Below, in pieces: positions 38,788 through 48,135 of a stretch of DNA of 64,000 bases. Source of the DNA: Blastocatellia bacterium (GTDB lineage Bacteria > Acidobacteriota > Blastocatellia > HR10 > J050); assembly GCA_026985075.1 (NCBI GenBank), contig JALSQX010000005.1, positions 21,417 through 85,416 on the forward strand, in the 5' to 3' direction. The notes under the pieces were generated by a model. It ran no database searches. It saw only the letters and a program-made list of their open reading frames with translations, and was not told where the DNA came from. Each line of letters begins with the position of its first letter. The stretch's first letter is position 1. Made by a program: the position numbers and the translations under genes.

Positions 38788-38789
38788 GG

Positions 38790-39938
38790 TTACTCCCCTC
38801 TGAGAACCGCCGCCGGTTCAATAGCCAGAGCGCGCTTGATGGGCGCATAAGCGGCCAGACCACAGATCAGCAGGGCAACGCCCAAAATCCCCGGGATGGT
38901 CTCGGGCCTCGGCGAGATATGTGCGTGGAACAGTCGCTCTCCCACAAGTCGGGAACAGAGGACGCCGCCCAGGTAGCCCAACCATCCTCCGAGGAATGCG
39001 AAGATGAAGGCTTCGCTCAAAAAGAGCGAGAGGATCTCGCCTCGCTGGGCCCCCAGCGCTTTCATCAGTCCAATTTCACGCTGGCGTTCGACGACCACGG
39101 CCATCATCGTCGTCATCACGCCGAGCGCCGAGATGATCAAGATGAGCGTCGTCGAGGCGAGCAACATCCACTCGATCTTGCTCAGAATCCGGCCTTCGGC
39201 GAGGGCGATTCTCCTCAGTGGACGTGCCTCCAGGCCTTCCCACCGACGCTCGATGTCACGCGCCAGCTGTTCAACCTGTTCGAACCGCCCAACAGCATTC
39301 ACAGCAAGAAGTGAGACTTCTCCCTCCTGCCTCAGGGCGTACTGAAGGAGAGGGAGATTGACAAACACCTGTCCGTCTTCGGCCTCACCCGTGGTCACGA
39401 TGCCGGTCACGACGAATTCCTCGTTCCAACGCTCCGCATTCAGGCTGAGCCGAAATCGGTCGCCGACGGCCAGGTGAAACCGTCGCGCGATTTCCGAGCC
39501 AATCATTCCCGAGGCGAGATCATCGGTACGGGCCCACTCTCCCTCTACCTGCCAGTATGGATTCACTCTTTTGATCTCTTCGAACCGCACGCCGGCCACC
39601 ATGACAACGTCAGCGGCCTTGTTTGTTTGCATCATCGCCGGGGTGTAAAGGTAGGAGGCCACTGCCACGATCTCGCCGGTCCGGGACAGCGGCATCAGGT
39701 CCTCGAGTCGAGGCTCGAGCATCGTTTTGTTCGGGCTCTTCGGGATCACGATGAGGTTGGCGCCGTAGGTTCTCAGCTCGCGCTTCATTTTACTCTCGAC
39801 ATCATACGTCAGATTCAGTAGCGTCGCGGCGGCCGTAACCCCAACGCTCAGCGCGACCAGGGCGATGACCACCTTGGACGCCCGACGCGTCAGCGATCTG
39901 AGCAGAATGCGAAAGAAGAGTTTCTGCCTTCTCGTCAT
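38790..39938 (-). CDS. MacB/FtsX-type ABC permease
   Basis: ELRTYGANL, large periplasmic domain, ERQREIGLMKALGA, IEPAAVLRGE. Confidence 0.9.
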   Translation of the reverse strand: MTRRQKLFFRILLRSLTRRASKVVIALVALSVGVTAAATLLNLTYDVESKMKRELRTYGANLIVIPKSPNKTMLEPRLEDLMPLSRTGEIVAVASYLYTPAMMQTNKAADVVMVAGVRFEEIKRVNPYWQVEGEWARTDDLASGMIGSEIARRFHLAVGDRFRLSLNAERWNEEFVVTGIVTTGEAEDGQVFVNLPLLQYALRQEGEVSLLAVNAVGRFEQVEQLARDIERRWEGLEARPLRRIALAEGRILSKIEWMLLASTTLILIISALGVMTTMMAVVVERQREIGLMKALGAQRGEILSLFLSEAFIFAFLGGWLGYLGGVLCSRLVGERLFHAHISPRPETIPGILGVALLICGLAAYAPIKRALAIEPAAVLRGE

Positions 39939-41212
39939 GTGCTCCTCAGAATGTCAACCGGCCGCAAACGAAGCAACATTCGGACCGGAGCGGCGCAGCC
40001 GATGAGGGTGATGAGTTCGGCGGCGATGAGCGAGATGGGAAGGATCAGGAGATTGACGCCAATATGAACGCCGAAGACCGCTTGTCCGATCACCTGAGCG
40101 AGAAAGACGCCAATGGCGCCCCCGATCACCGCCCCGATGAGGCCGATGATGAGAGCCTCGGCCAAAAATAAGCGGACGACCGGGCTATTACCCGATCCAA
40201 TGGCCTTCAGGAGTCCAATCTCGGAGCGGCGTTCGAGCACCATGGTCATCATCGTGCTCATCACCGCCAGAGCGGCGGCCATGAGGGCGAGCGCCACAAT
40301 GATCATCATCATGAGCATCACCTTATTCAGGATGCGCCCTTCGGATTCAGCGACCCGGCGAATCGGCTTCACCTCGGCGGTGGGAAAGATCTCGTTCAGT
40401 TGGAAGGCGATGGAGCTGATAAAGGGCGTGCAATACCAGCTCTCGAATTCCTCAGGCGATAGCTCCCGGGGCGAGCGTCCCAATCGCTCGTAGACCTTAT
40501 CTTCAGGGGTCGTCAAGGCGCTCACCAGGATGCGCTCCACCTGCCCCTGCCGATGCGTGAGCTCCTGCACGATGTCCAGCGTCGTGAACAGCTGATCGTC
40601 CTCGGCTCCTCCAGTGGCTACGATTCCAGCGATCGAGAAGGAAGCCCGTTTCTCTCCGACCTCGATCGTGATCCTTTCTCCCGGGCGAAGCTGAAACGCC
40701 TCGGCCAGCGCGCGCCCCACCATGACCTGTGGTTGCTCGGCATCGTCCGCGATCCACGCGCCGGTGACGTGCCAATATGGCGCCAGGTGCCTCATGCCCG
40801 TCACGACCGTCTCCCCTTGACAGGGCACCGGTCGGCTGAACCATGTGCCCACCAGAGTGACGATTCGGCCGCGAAAGGTCGCCGAGGTAGTCAGAAAGGG
40901 AGTGAAGGCGAGGATATTATTACGCCAGAAAATTGTCTTGATTTTGGGAATGAGGGGTTCGGGCAGGAAAGTCTCTCGCCCCAAGCGACTCACATCTTCG
41001 CCGCCCACTTCCAGGGGGAGCGTCCGGCCCTTGGGAATGATGACCAGATTGGCACCGAAGGCTTTCAACTCGCGATTGATTTTATCGCCGATATCCAGAG
41101 CGATGGTGGTCATGGCCACGGCCACGCTGGTACCTAATACCACCGCTGACGTGGCAATGGCTTTGCGCCGTCGCTGTCGTCGGAATGATTGTGCCACTAT
41201 CCGGAAGAACAT
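39935..41212 (-). CDS. MacB/FtsX-type ABC permease
   Basis: ELKAFGANL, IFWRNNILAF, WYCTPFISSIA, ERRSEIGLLKAIG. Confidence 0.9.
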   Translation of the reverse strand: MFFRIVAQSFRRQRRRKAIATSAVVLGTSVAVAMTTIALDIGDKINRELKAFGANLVIIPKGRTLPLEVGGEDVSRLGRETFLPEPLIPKIKTIFWRNNILAFTPFLTTSATFRGRIVTLVGTWFSRPVPCQGETVVTGMRHLAPYWHVTGAWIADDAEQPQVMVGRALAEAFQLRPGERITIEVGEKRASFSIAGIVATGGAEDDQLFTTLDIVQELTHRQGQVERILVSALTTPEDKVYERLGRSPRELSPEEFESWYCTPFISSIAFQLNEIFPTAEVKPIRRVAESEGRILNKVMLMMMIIVALALMAAALAVMSTMMTMVLERRSEIGLLKAIGSGNSPVVRLFLAEALIIGLIGAVIGGAIGVFLAQVIGQAVFGVHIGVNLLILPISLIAAELITLIGCAAPVRMLLRLRPVDILRST

Positions 41213-41247
41213 CTTGAGGCGCCCACTCTTGTGCTGGACACATCACC

Positions 41248-42669
41248 TCAGTGCGCGTATTTTCCTGGATCGCGCCCGAACGCTGCCCTACAGGATGGCA
41301 TGTCGCAGAAATAGTACGTCTCGTCCTGGTACGTCATCCTTGGCCGGGCCTCGGTGATGCGCACCTTCATCCCACATACTGGATCGATGGCCTCCAGCGT
41401 CCCGGTCGGAGTGAACAGCGTCTCGCCCTTTCGTAAGTCGTTGACGGCGATGACCAGCGCGTCACCCTCAACATGTGAGGGAAGAGGAATGGGGTTGCAG
41501 CCGCCCGAGCGTCCGATGGTAGAGGGGTGAATATCGGCCGCGCAGTTCAGACAAACGATCGTCCGTCCCTCTTGCACATATCCATAGTCGCCGCAGATTT
41601 GACAGGCATCGAATGCGGTGCCGATTTTCCCCTCCGGTGTCTTCATGGTGAGAAAGCGAATGGTCACATCGCCAATGCGATATCCCCATCGGTGAAGGGC
41701 GCCATCGTCGATCTCGGCCAGGGGAATCCTCACCCATCCGCCCTCAGATTGAATCAGCACGGGAGGATCAATCGTCCGCGAGCGGTGCGAGTAGGCATAA
41801 TTGACCGTCAGCGTGGTCATGACCAGAACGCCGAGCGCGGCCATGGCCCGTCGCCAGCGCTTCGCCCGGCTCAACTGGGCCATTCGTTTGCGTCGCTCGG
41901 GTCCTCGCAGGGTTGCCAATTCCGCCCATTGTGCCCGCTCCTGACCACTGGGAATGACGGTGAGAATGAGAGGGAGAGCGAGGATCACCAGGATGAACAG
42001 AACGTCATGTTTGACCATTGGTCCGATGAGCGCCATTTCATGGCGCCCGAGTGGAATGAGACCGGCTTCGGCTAACTCGTGGACTCCACCAATCAGGAGT
42101 TGGAACGAGAGGACCATCAGAACGATTCCGGTGACCTTGAAGAAGCGCCCCAGGTCCATGTGTAGGGTTCCCTTGAGCAGTGAGACGGCCAACCCCACGG
42201 CCAGCCCCAGCCCGAGCATCGCGCCGAGGACACTCATCAGGCCTTCCGTAGTCAGATTGATCGCACTGAGAAGGAGAACGGTCTCAACGCCCTCCCGGAA
42301 GACCATGAGAAAAGTAAAGGCAATGAGCCCCAAGGAGTAGCGCGATCGCGCGTCGGTCGCGAGAGCATTGACGCGTTGCTCGATGTGGCCCTTGAGGTGC
42401 CGGGCCGTGCGCCACATCCACACAACCATTGTGCCGACAAAGAAAGCCGCCAGGAGCATAACCACGCCTTCAAACACCTCTTCGTTGACGCGGAGATCGC
42501 CCAATGCCCAGGCGCCGAGTGCGCTCGCCCCCACGGCCAGTCCCAATCCGGTATACACGGATCGACTGAGGTCTTTGCGCCCGACTTTCTGCAGATACGT
42601 CAGGATAATGCCGATGATTAACGCCGCCTCAACACCCTCTCGCAGCGTGATGACCAGTGATTCCAGCAT
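41248..42669 (-). CDS. FTR1 iron permease fused to DUF2318 (Cys-rich) and YHS domains
   Basis: Two REGVE motifs; DACQICG...CLNC...GGCNPIP; DPVCGM...YYFCDMPSC; ATG 42669 preferred. Confidence 0.88.
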   Translation of the reverse strand: MLESLVITLREGVEAALIIGIILTYLQKVGRKDLSRSVYTGLGLAVGASALGAWALGDLRVNEEVFEGVVMLLAAFFVGTMVVWMWRTARHLKGHIEQRVNALATDARSRYSLGLIAFTFLMVFREGVETVLLLSAINLTTEGLMSVLGAMLGLGLAVGLAVSLLKGTLHMDLGRFFKVTGIVLMVLSFQLLIGGVHELAEAGLIPLGRHEMALIGPMVKHDVLFILVILALPLILTVIPSGQERAQWAELATLRGPERRKRMAQLSRAKRWRRAMAALGVLVMTTLTVNYAYSHRSRTIDPPVLIQSEGGWVRIPLAEIDDGALHRWGYRIGDVTIRFLTMKTPEGKIGTAFDACQICGDYGYVQEGRTIVCLNCAADIHPSTIGRSGGCNPIPLPSHVEGDALVIAVNDLRKGETLFTPTGTLEAIDPVCGMKVRITEARPRMTYQDETYYFCDMPSCRAAFGRDPGKYAH

Positions 42670-42679
42670 GAGATCATTT

Positions 42680-42694
42680 TGAAAATGAATATCA
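42680..42694. promoter_or_regulatory. Fur box upstream of the FTR1 operon
   Basis: TGAAAAT-G-AATATCA versus the 7-1-7 consensus TGATAAT-N-ATTATCA (2 mismatches), lying between the promoter TTGACT-N17-TAGTCT (42710-42738, minus) and the start codon. Confidence 0.75.
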
Positions 42695-42849
42695 ACTTCA
42701 AAGAAGGAGAGACTACCATCGGTCGACCAGAAAGTCAAGGGGGGTCGCCAATGGGCTGTGGTGAATCGCCGATGACGGGCGACCGTTTCGACTCGCCGAG
42801 AGTGAGTGTTTCCAGATTGGTGAAGCCCCTGCCTCGACCGTCGATCAAT

Positions 42850-42878
42850 TTGACAGTGGTGAGGTTCAGACCTATATT
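42850..42878 (+). promoter_or_regulatory. sigma70 promoter of hpt
   Basis: TTGACA-N17-TATATT. Confidence 0.65.
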
Positions 42879-42919
42879 TTGCGGGCAATGGCCATTGTCG
42901 GTACGAGGAGAGAGGAGCT

Positions 42920-43513
42920 ATGTCTCATCATGTAACGCGCTCATCCGAGTTTCGCCATCCCCATCTGGACGTGCTCATCGAGGAGGCGACGTTGAAAGCC
43001 CGAATCGCTGAGCTCGGTGCGGCCATCACCCGGGATTTTGCGGGTCGTGTACCCCACCTGATATGTGTGCTGAAGGGAGCCGTGGTGTTTCTGTCCGAAC
43101 TCATGCGCACCATTGATCTTCCCCTGACCATCGATTTCATTGCTGTTTCCAGCTATGGTGATGCGACGCGAACCTCCGGCGAGGTGAGAATCGTCAAGGA
43201 TCTGGATACGAGCCCAGCGGGTCGAGATGTCATCCTGGTGGAAGATATCTTGGATACAGGACTGACGTTAAACTATCTACTCGGTAATTTGCGCGCTCGA
43301 AACGTCCGCTCCGTCTGCGTGGCCGCTTTGTTGAACAAACCGGCACGGCGCCTGGTCGATGTGGAGGTCGCTTACAAGGGCTTCGATATTCCTAATGAAT
43401 TTGTCGTCGGGTTCGGTCTGGATTGTGCCCAGCGATTTCGAAATCTTCCCTATGTGGCGGTGCTGAAACAACCGAGCGAGGTGTGGCCCCGGGGCGCGGT
43501 TATGGGAGAATGA
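42920..43513 (+). CDS. hpt: Hypoxanthine phosphoribosyltransferase
   Basis: [34 protein letters not shown]. Confidence 0.95.
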   Translation: MSHHVTRSSEFRHPHLDVLIEEATLKARIAELGAAITRDFAGRVPHLICVLKGAVVFLSELMRTIDLPLTIDFIAVSSYGDATRTSGEVRIVKDLDTSPAGRDVILVEDILDTGLTLNYLLGNLRARNVRSVCVAALLNKPARRLVDVEVAYKGFDIPNEFVVGFGLDCAQRFRNLPYVAVLKQPSEVWPRGAVMGE

Positions 43514-44711
43514 TCTGGCGCAGGAAGCTTCGCCCGTGAGACAGCGTGAGACCGAAGTTCTCAGCCACCGTTTGACCGATATCGGCTAAACTCGATCGGG
43601 TTCCCAAGCATGTACCCGCTCGCACGCGCTGCCCGTAGGCGAGGAGGGGCACATATTCCCGCGAGTGATCGGTGGAGGGGGTTGTGGGATCACAACCGTG
43701 ATCGGCGGTGATGAGCAGCAGATCATCGGCATTGAGGCGAGCTTCAATCTCCGGGAGGCGAGCATCGAATTCTTCCAGCGCCCGCGCATAGCCTTCTGGA
43801 TTGTTGCGATGACCATAGAGCATGTCGAAATCCACCAGATTGACGAAAATGAGGCCCGACCCGTTTGAGGTCGTTTCCTCGAGCGCGCGAATGGTTCCAT
43901 CCACCGAGGCCATATTATTACCGGCCGGAATCTCCCGGGTGAATCCTCGGTGGCAGAAGATAGACCCGACCTTCCCCACGCTGATCGTTTGATAGCCGGC
44001 TTCTTTGAGGAGATCCAGGAGCGTCGGATAAGGCGGAGGAATGGCGTAGTCACGCCGAGCTTCGGTTCGCTTGAAATTTCCCGGAGTCCCAATGAATGGG
44101 CGGGCGATGACGCGACCCACTCGGTGCTTTCCGGTGAGCAGGCGGCGGGCGATTTCACAAATGCGATAGAGCTCTTCCAGGGGGATGACCTCCTCATGGG
44201 CGGCGATTTGAAACACACTATCGGCCGACGTGTAGAGAATCGGGTAACCGGTCCGCATATGCTCTTGGCCGAGTTCCTTGATGATCTCCGTGCCCGAGGC
44301 CGGTCGATTCCCCAACACTTTTCGGCCAATGGCCTTCTCGAACGGCTTGACGATCTCATCGGGAAATCCTTGTGGATAGGTAGGAAACGGTTCCTCGGTG
44401 ATGATGCCGGCGATCTCCCAGTGGCCGGTGGTGGTGTCCTTACCTTTGGAGGCGATGGCCGCGCGGCCAAAGGCCCCCGCCGGACGCTCGACCGGGGGGA
44501 GGTTCAAAGGACGAATATTGGCTAATCCATATCGGCGAAGGTGGGGGACGTGGAGGCGGCGAAAAGCGAACAGATGTCCCAGCGTGTCGCTGCCCGCATC
44601 GCCGTACTCGGCGGCATCAGGCATCTCTCCGATGCCCACGCTATCCAGCACGATGAGGACGATCCGGTTGAAGTGACGATGGGAGTGTGTGGCATTGGCT
44701 GGCCAATCCAT
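43500..44711 (-). CDS. deoB: Phosphopentomutase
   Basis: [58 protein letters not shown]. Confidence 0.95.
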   Translation of the reverse strand: MDWPANATHSHRHFNRIVLIVLDSVGIGEMPDAAEYGDAGSDTLGHLFAFRRLHVPHLRRYGLANIRPLNLPPVERPAGAFGRAAIASKGKDTTTGHWEIAGIITEEPFPTYPQGFPDEIVKPFEKAIGRKVLGNRPASGTEIIKELGQEHMRTGYPILYTSADSVFQIAAHEEVIPLEELYRICEIARRLLTGKHRVGRVIARPFIGTPGNFKRTEARRDYAIPPPYPTLLDLLKEAGYQTISVGKVGSIFCHRGFTREIPAGNNMASVDGTIRALEETTSNGSGLIFVNLVDFDMLYGHRNNPEGYARALEEFDARLPEIEARLNADDLLLITADHGCDPTTPSTDHSREYVPLLAYGQRVRAGTCLGTRSSLADIGQTVAENFGLTLSHGRSFLRQIILP

Positions 44712-44736
44712 GCGGTCGAATCCTCCCAGAGCCGCC

Positions 44737-45471
44737 TCAACTGGCAGATTTGGACTCTGCTTCCACCGTGCCTTTGTAGTAGAGAATGCGGCTGCAGTTA
44801 TCGCAAGTCAGAATTTGTTCCCCTTTGCGCACGTCAGCGTATACCTGTGGTCGCACGGTCATGAAACATGCCGTACAAGAGCCGTCGCGGACTTCGGCCA
44901 AGGCCATTCCATCGCGCAACTGGACCAAACGGTTGTAGATGCTCAGCAGATCGGCGGGGATGGTGTTAGCGAGGTCCTCGCGCTCACGGGTCAACCTCTC
45001 CAGTTCGGCATTCAATGTCTCCAGTTTCGCCGAACAGGCATCGATGCGCACATCGAACTCCTGGCGCTTGGTTTCGATTTCCGGAGTCAAGACGTTGATC
45101 TCCTTCTCCAGGTGTTCGATGAGGTCGAGTTTTTGTAGGACCTCCGTCTCCAAGCTACTGATTTTCTTCTTGGTCGCATCGATCTCTCGCAATACGGTGC
45201 TATACTCGCGCTCATTGCGTACCTGCATCAAATCCTGCTTGTACTTTTCCAACGCCGATTCGGCTGCTTGGAGGTCGAGTTCCAGTTGGCGATGTTCTCT
45301 CTTGGCTGTGTCGAGGCGGCTCTTTTTGTCCAGGTAATCGGCAGCGAAGGTATTGAATTCAGTCTCTATTGCGGCTTTCTGTTTGGGGATGTTGTCGATC
45401 TCCTCTTTGATCTCCTTGATCTTAATGTCGAGTTCCTGTAACGCGATAAGCTTCTGCAATTCTGAGTTCAC
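44737..45471 (-). CDS. Coiled-coil protein with C-terminal C4 zinc ribbon (CdsZ/HP0958/DUF164 family)
   Basis: LIALQELD start, long coiled coil, CTAC...CDNCSRILY. Confidence 0.9.
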   Translation of the reverse strand: MNSELQKLIALQELDIKIKEIKEEIDNIPKQKAAIETEFNTFAADYLDKKSRLDTAKREHRQLELDLQAAESALEKYKQDLMQVRNEREYSTVLREIDATKKKISSLETEVLQKLDLIEHLEKEINVLTPEIETKRQEFDVRIDACSAKLETLNAELERLTREREDLANTIPADLLSIYNRLVQLRDGMALAEVRDGSCTACFMTVRPQVYADVRKGEQILTCDNCSRILYYKGTVEAESKSAS

Positions 45472-45698
45472 AGTCAGGTCCTCCGACCAGCGAACATCTC
45501 CTCATCGGTGATGGAGATGTCCAGCACTTTCTCAAAATTCCGTATCTCCAGATGATGAATCCTCACTGTCATTCTCGTTAAAACCTACTTATTTTAACAC
45601 ACCTCATCAGCAATAGAGAAGGCGTCCGTGACATATTTCCTCGCCGTCCGGAGGCGGACTCCTCACGTGAATGTCATGCCTCGGGAATCGGTTGAACT

Positions 45699-46928
45699 CT
45701 AGAGCGCGCGATATCCCGGTCGCGCCCGCACATAGGCCCCAGGGCGGTTCACCCTCACTCGAATTCGGTGATAGCGTCCATCGCCGGCGCTCGTCGGATA
45801 GTATCCGAGGGTGTACTGGTGGCGCAATTCCTCAGCGATCTGTCCGAACACCCGGGGGAGATCTTGCAGCAGATTCGCCTCATAATAGGTCCCGCCCGTT
45901 CGATCGGCCAGGTCCCAGAGATACTGCTCCCCGCGTTGATATTCCATGTCCAGGGGATCATTGGGCCGTGGCTGTGGGCGGCGTCGAGGCATCCGCGGAG
46001 GAGGTGCGGGTGACGGAGCAGGCGTCGGGTAGGGAACCCGGGAGGAGGGCGGCTGGGGAGTCGGATATCTGTCCGGATAGGGCGTCGGGTAGGGATTGGG
46101 CATGGGCCATCGGCGAGGAAGAGGGAATGGTCGGGAAGATGGATCAGGCCAGCGACCCGACGGCGGATTCGGAGGCGCGGGCGCCGGTCTAGGTCGTCGC
46201 TGGGGTCCGGGCGGAGGAAGCGTTCCAATGTTAATTTTCTTGGGGCGACGAAGCCGGCGCCGGACAGCTTCCCGCGTATCGTAGCGGATGGAGTACACCA
46301 GCACGTTGGATTCTTCGAGATGTCGGCGGGTTCCCTCTGCGGTCGCTTCCCGGCTCGCCGTGTCTACTCCGTCGGTGAATAGGATCAAAGCCTTGCGCCC
46401 CGCTATGGGATTCATCCACTGTCGGACGACGGCATCGACGGCGTCAAAAAGACGCGTCGATTCGCCCGATTGTAACTGGGCGAGAGCCCGGGCGAGTCTC
46501 CCTCGGTCAGAGGTGAACTCGCTGATCACTCTCACTTCATCGTCGAACGAGACGATCATGACTTCGTCCCGAGGGTGAAGCTGTCCGATGAACGTCAGCG
46601 CTGCTTGCCGTATTCGCGGGAGTTCTTCTTCGGTACTGCCACTCGTATCGATCAACAGGGCGACATGAAAGGGCTCTTCCGTGTGAGCAAAAAAGGCGAT
46701 GTGCTGCTCGATGCCATCCTCGTAGAGGATGAAATCTTCTTTCTTCAGATCGGGGATGTATTGGTTCTGGCGGTTCCGAACAATGACGGGGACTTCTACG
46801 AGGTCGCCTTGGAGACGAAGGGCCTCATCTTGCCCGCCACCCTCGACGGGACGCTGGGAAAAACTCGTAGGCGCTAGACACGCCATCATGGCCCAGATGG
46901 TAACGGTCGCCATTGCTGAGACGCGCAT
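45699..46928 (-). CDS. Exported acidobacterial-type VWA domain protein with Pro-rich insertion
   Basis: VEVPVIV, EDGIEQ, DTSGS MIDAS, TRLFDAV, FTDGVD, ELRHQYTLGYYP, RARPGY. Confidence 0.9.
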   Translation of the reverse strand: MRVSAMATVTIWAMMACLAPTSFSQRPVEGGGQDEALRLQGDLVEVPVIVRNRQNQYIPDLKKEDFILYEDGIEQHIAFFAHTEEPFHVALLIDTSGSTEEELPRIRQAALTFIGQLHPRDEVMIVSFDDEVRVISEFTSDRGRLARALAQLQSGESTRLFDAVDAVVRQWMNPIAGRKALILFTDGVDTASREATAEGTRRHLEESNVLVYSIRYDTREAVRRRLRRPKKINIGTLPPPGPQRRPRPAPAPPNPPSGRWPDPSSRPFPLPRRWPMPNPYPTPYPDRYPTPQPPSSRVPYPTPAPSPAPPPRMPRRRPQPRPNDPLDMEYQRGEQYLWDLADRTGGTYYEANLLQDLPRVFGQIAEELRHQYTLGYYPTSAGDGRYHRIRVRVNRPGAYVRARPGYRAL

Positions 46929-47156
46929 AACCGATTCCTCCTCGCTGGGCACTGAACCCTCATCCGGTCACTGGAAATTATACCTCCCCGCGAGGGAATG
47001 GGCAGCAGACGAGACATTAAATTTCTCTAATGAAGCGCACGGGAGGTCCCGGGTCACCGAATCGCCGAAGAGACAACGAGGGGTATTCACGAGCGCGATT
47101 CCTCGTCCGGGCATTCTATGGAATTGACCGCTTCTCGGGGCAAGAGCCCCTCAGCC

Positions 47157-47699
47157 TCAATCGCCGTCGGCGAGAACGGCCAGTATCCGATCCATCATCG
47201 TGTCTCGATTTTCCACGGTGAGCGAGAAGAGGGCGACATCCAGTCGACTCCGCAATTGATCGAGAAAGGGATCAGGGCGTCGCTGGATAGTGGCGATGAC
47301 GCGCTTGGGACTGGTCAGGGCATCGAGCACGATGCGACGAAATGCGGGCGAGAGCAGTTCCATGGTGGCGATTTCATCCATGACGATGAATATCACACGG
47401 GGATCGGATATCCCACAGCGTATGGCCTGGACTGCGATTCGGTCGATCGCTTCAACATCGACGCCATATTTGCCGACCCGGTAGGGGCTCTCGAGATCGA
47501 CATCGGCCATGATTCCCCTGTCACCCGTTAGGGAGGCAATTTCAAAGCCGGTTCGCCGGCCCCGAGTATCGCGGCGTTCGCGAGTATAAAAACCGGCCGC
47601 TTGGCCCGGCAGCCGGGGAATCAATTTCGTGATCAGCGTCGTCTTCCCCACGCCCGGTTTCCCGGTGATCAGGACATGGGGACGGGGCTTTCCGTCCAT
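47157..47699 (-). CDS. Nucleoside triphosphatase, THEP1/NTPCR (COG1618) family
   Basis: ITGKPGVGKTT, GFYTRE, RTGFEI, VGKYGVD, MDEIATMELLS. Confidence 0.88.
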   Translation of the reverse strand: MDGKPRPHVLITGKPGVGKTTLITKLIPRLPGQAAGFYTRERRDTRGRRTGFEIASLTGDRGIMADVDLESPYRVGKYGVDVEAIDRIAVQAIRCGISDPRVIFIVMDEIATMELLSPAFRRIVLDALTSPKRVIATIQRRPDPFLDQLRSRLDVALFSLTVENRDTMMDRILAVLADGD

Positions 47700-47774
47700 C
47701 GTCAGGATGATAACGAAAAGATATCCCAGGTATCAATCGTCGCTTCCGGGGCGGAGTGACCCGTTCGAAAGGTG

Positions 47775-47827
47775 GAGGGAGTCATAGGCTCTGAGCCTCC
47801 ACGGCGGAGGAATCTCAGCACTCCCTC
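47775..47827. other. Nested stem-loop in the intergenic region
   Basis: GAGGGAGT/ACTCCCTC, CTGAG/CTCAG and CCTCC/GGAGG nested pairings around loop ACGGC. Confidence 0.5.
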
Positions 47828-48054
47828 GGAATACCAGGGCTGGTGGGTGTGGCGGCGGCGCATCGTTTGGCGGCAAATCGGATCCTGGGAGAGTGGATTT
47901 CAACCCGTCTCACTCATGAAATTGAGGTTTTCATCGTTGAAACGGACAGGGCCAAAGTTGGTATGGGAGAAAATCTCCTCAGTTCACGCAAGATGCGCAC
48001 GTTCAGCGAGTTCTGGCTTCGCAGAGATGACCATTCCTCCGCTTCATTGAGGTT

Positions 48055-48069
48055 TGGCACAGGTCTTGC
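48055..48069 (+). promoter_or_regulatory. sigma54 promoter
   Basis: TGGCAC-AGGTC-TTGC, 66 nt upstream of ATG 48136. Confidence 0.8.
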
Positions 48070-48135
48070 GCTCAACTTTGTTCCCTGAGGTAACTCAGGC
48101 AAGAGGGTCAAAACGAACGACATGGGGGTAAGAAA

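Noticed and set aside
42670..42888. 73-aa N-terminal extension of FTR1 in the ORF track, and similar extensions for der, tatC, CaiB, proC and rtcB
   Set aside because: Extensions overlap promoters, the Fur box or neighbouring genes; downstream ATGs fit the family N-termini
44737..45471. Functional link between the CdsZ/HP0958-like protein (a sigma54 partner in Helicobacter and Chlamydia) and the nearby sigma54 promoters
   Set aside because: Widespread gene, here apparently co-transcribed with deoB; proximity alone is not evidence
48089..48104. GGTAA(A)CTCAGGCAAG shared with the leader of the enhancer-binding protein gene (~55742-55758, minus)
   Set aside because: Only about 12 identical nt in two places; cannot be separated from chance without more copies
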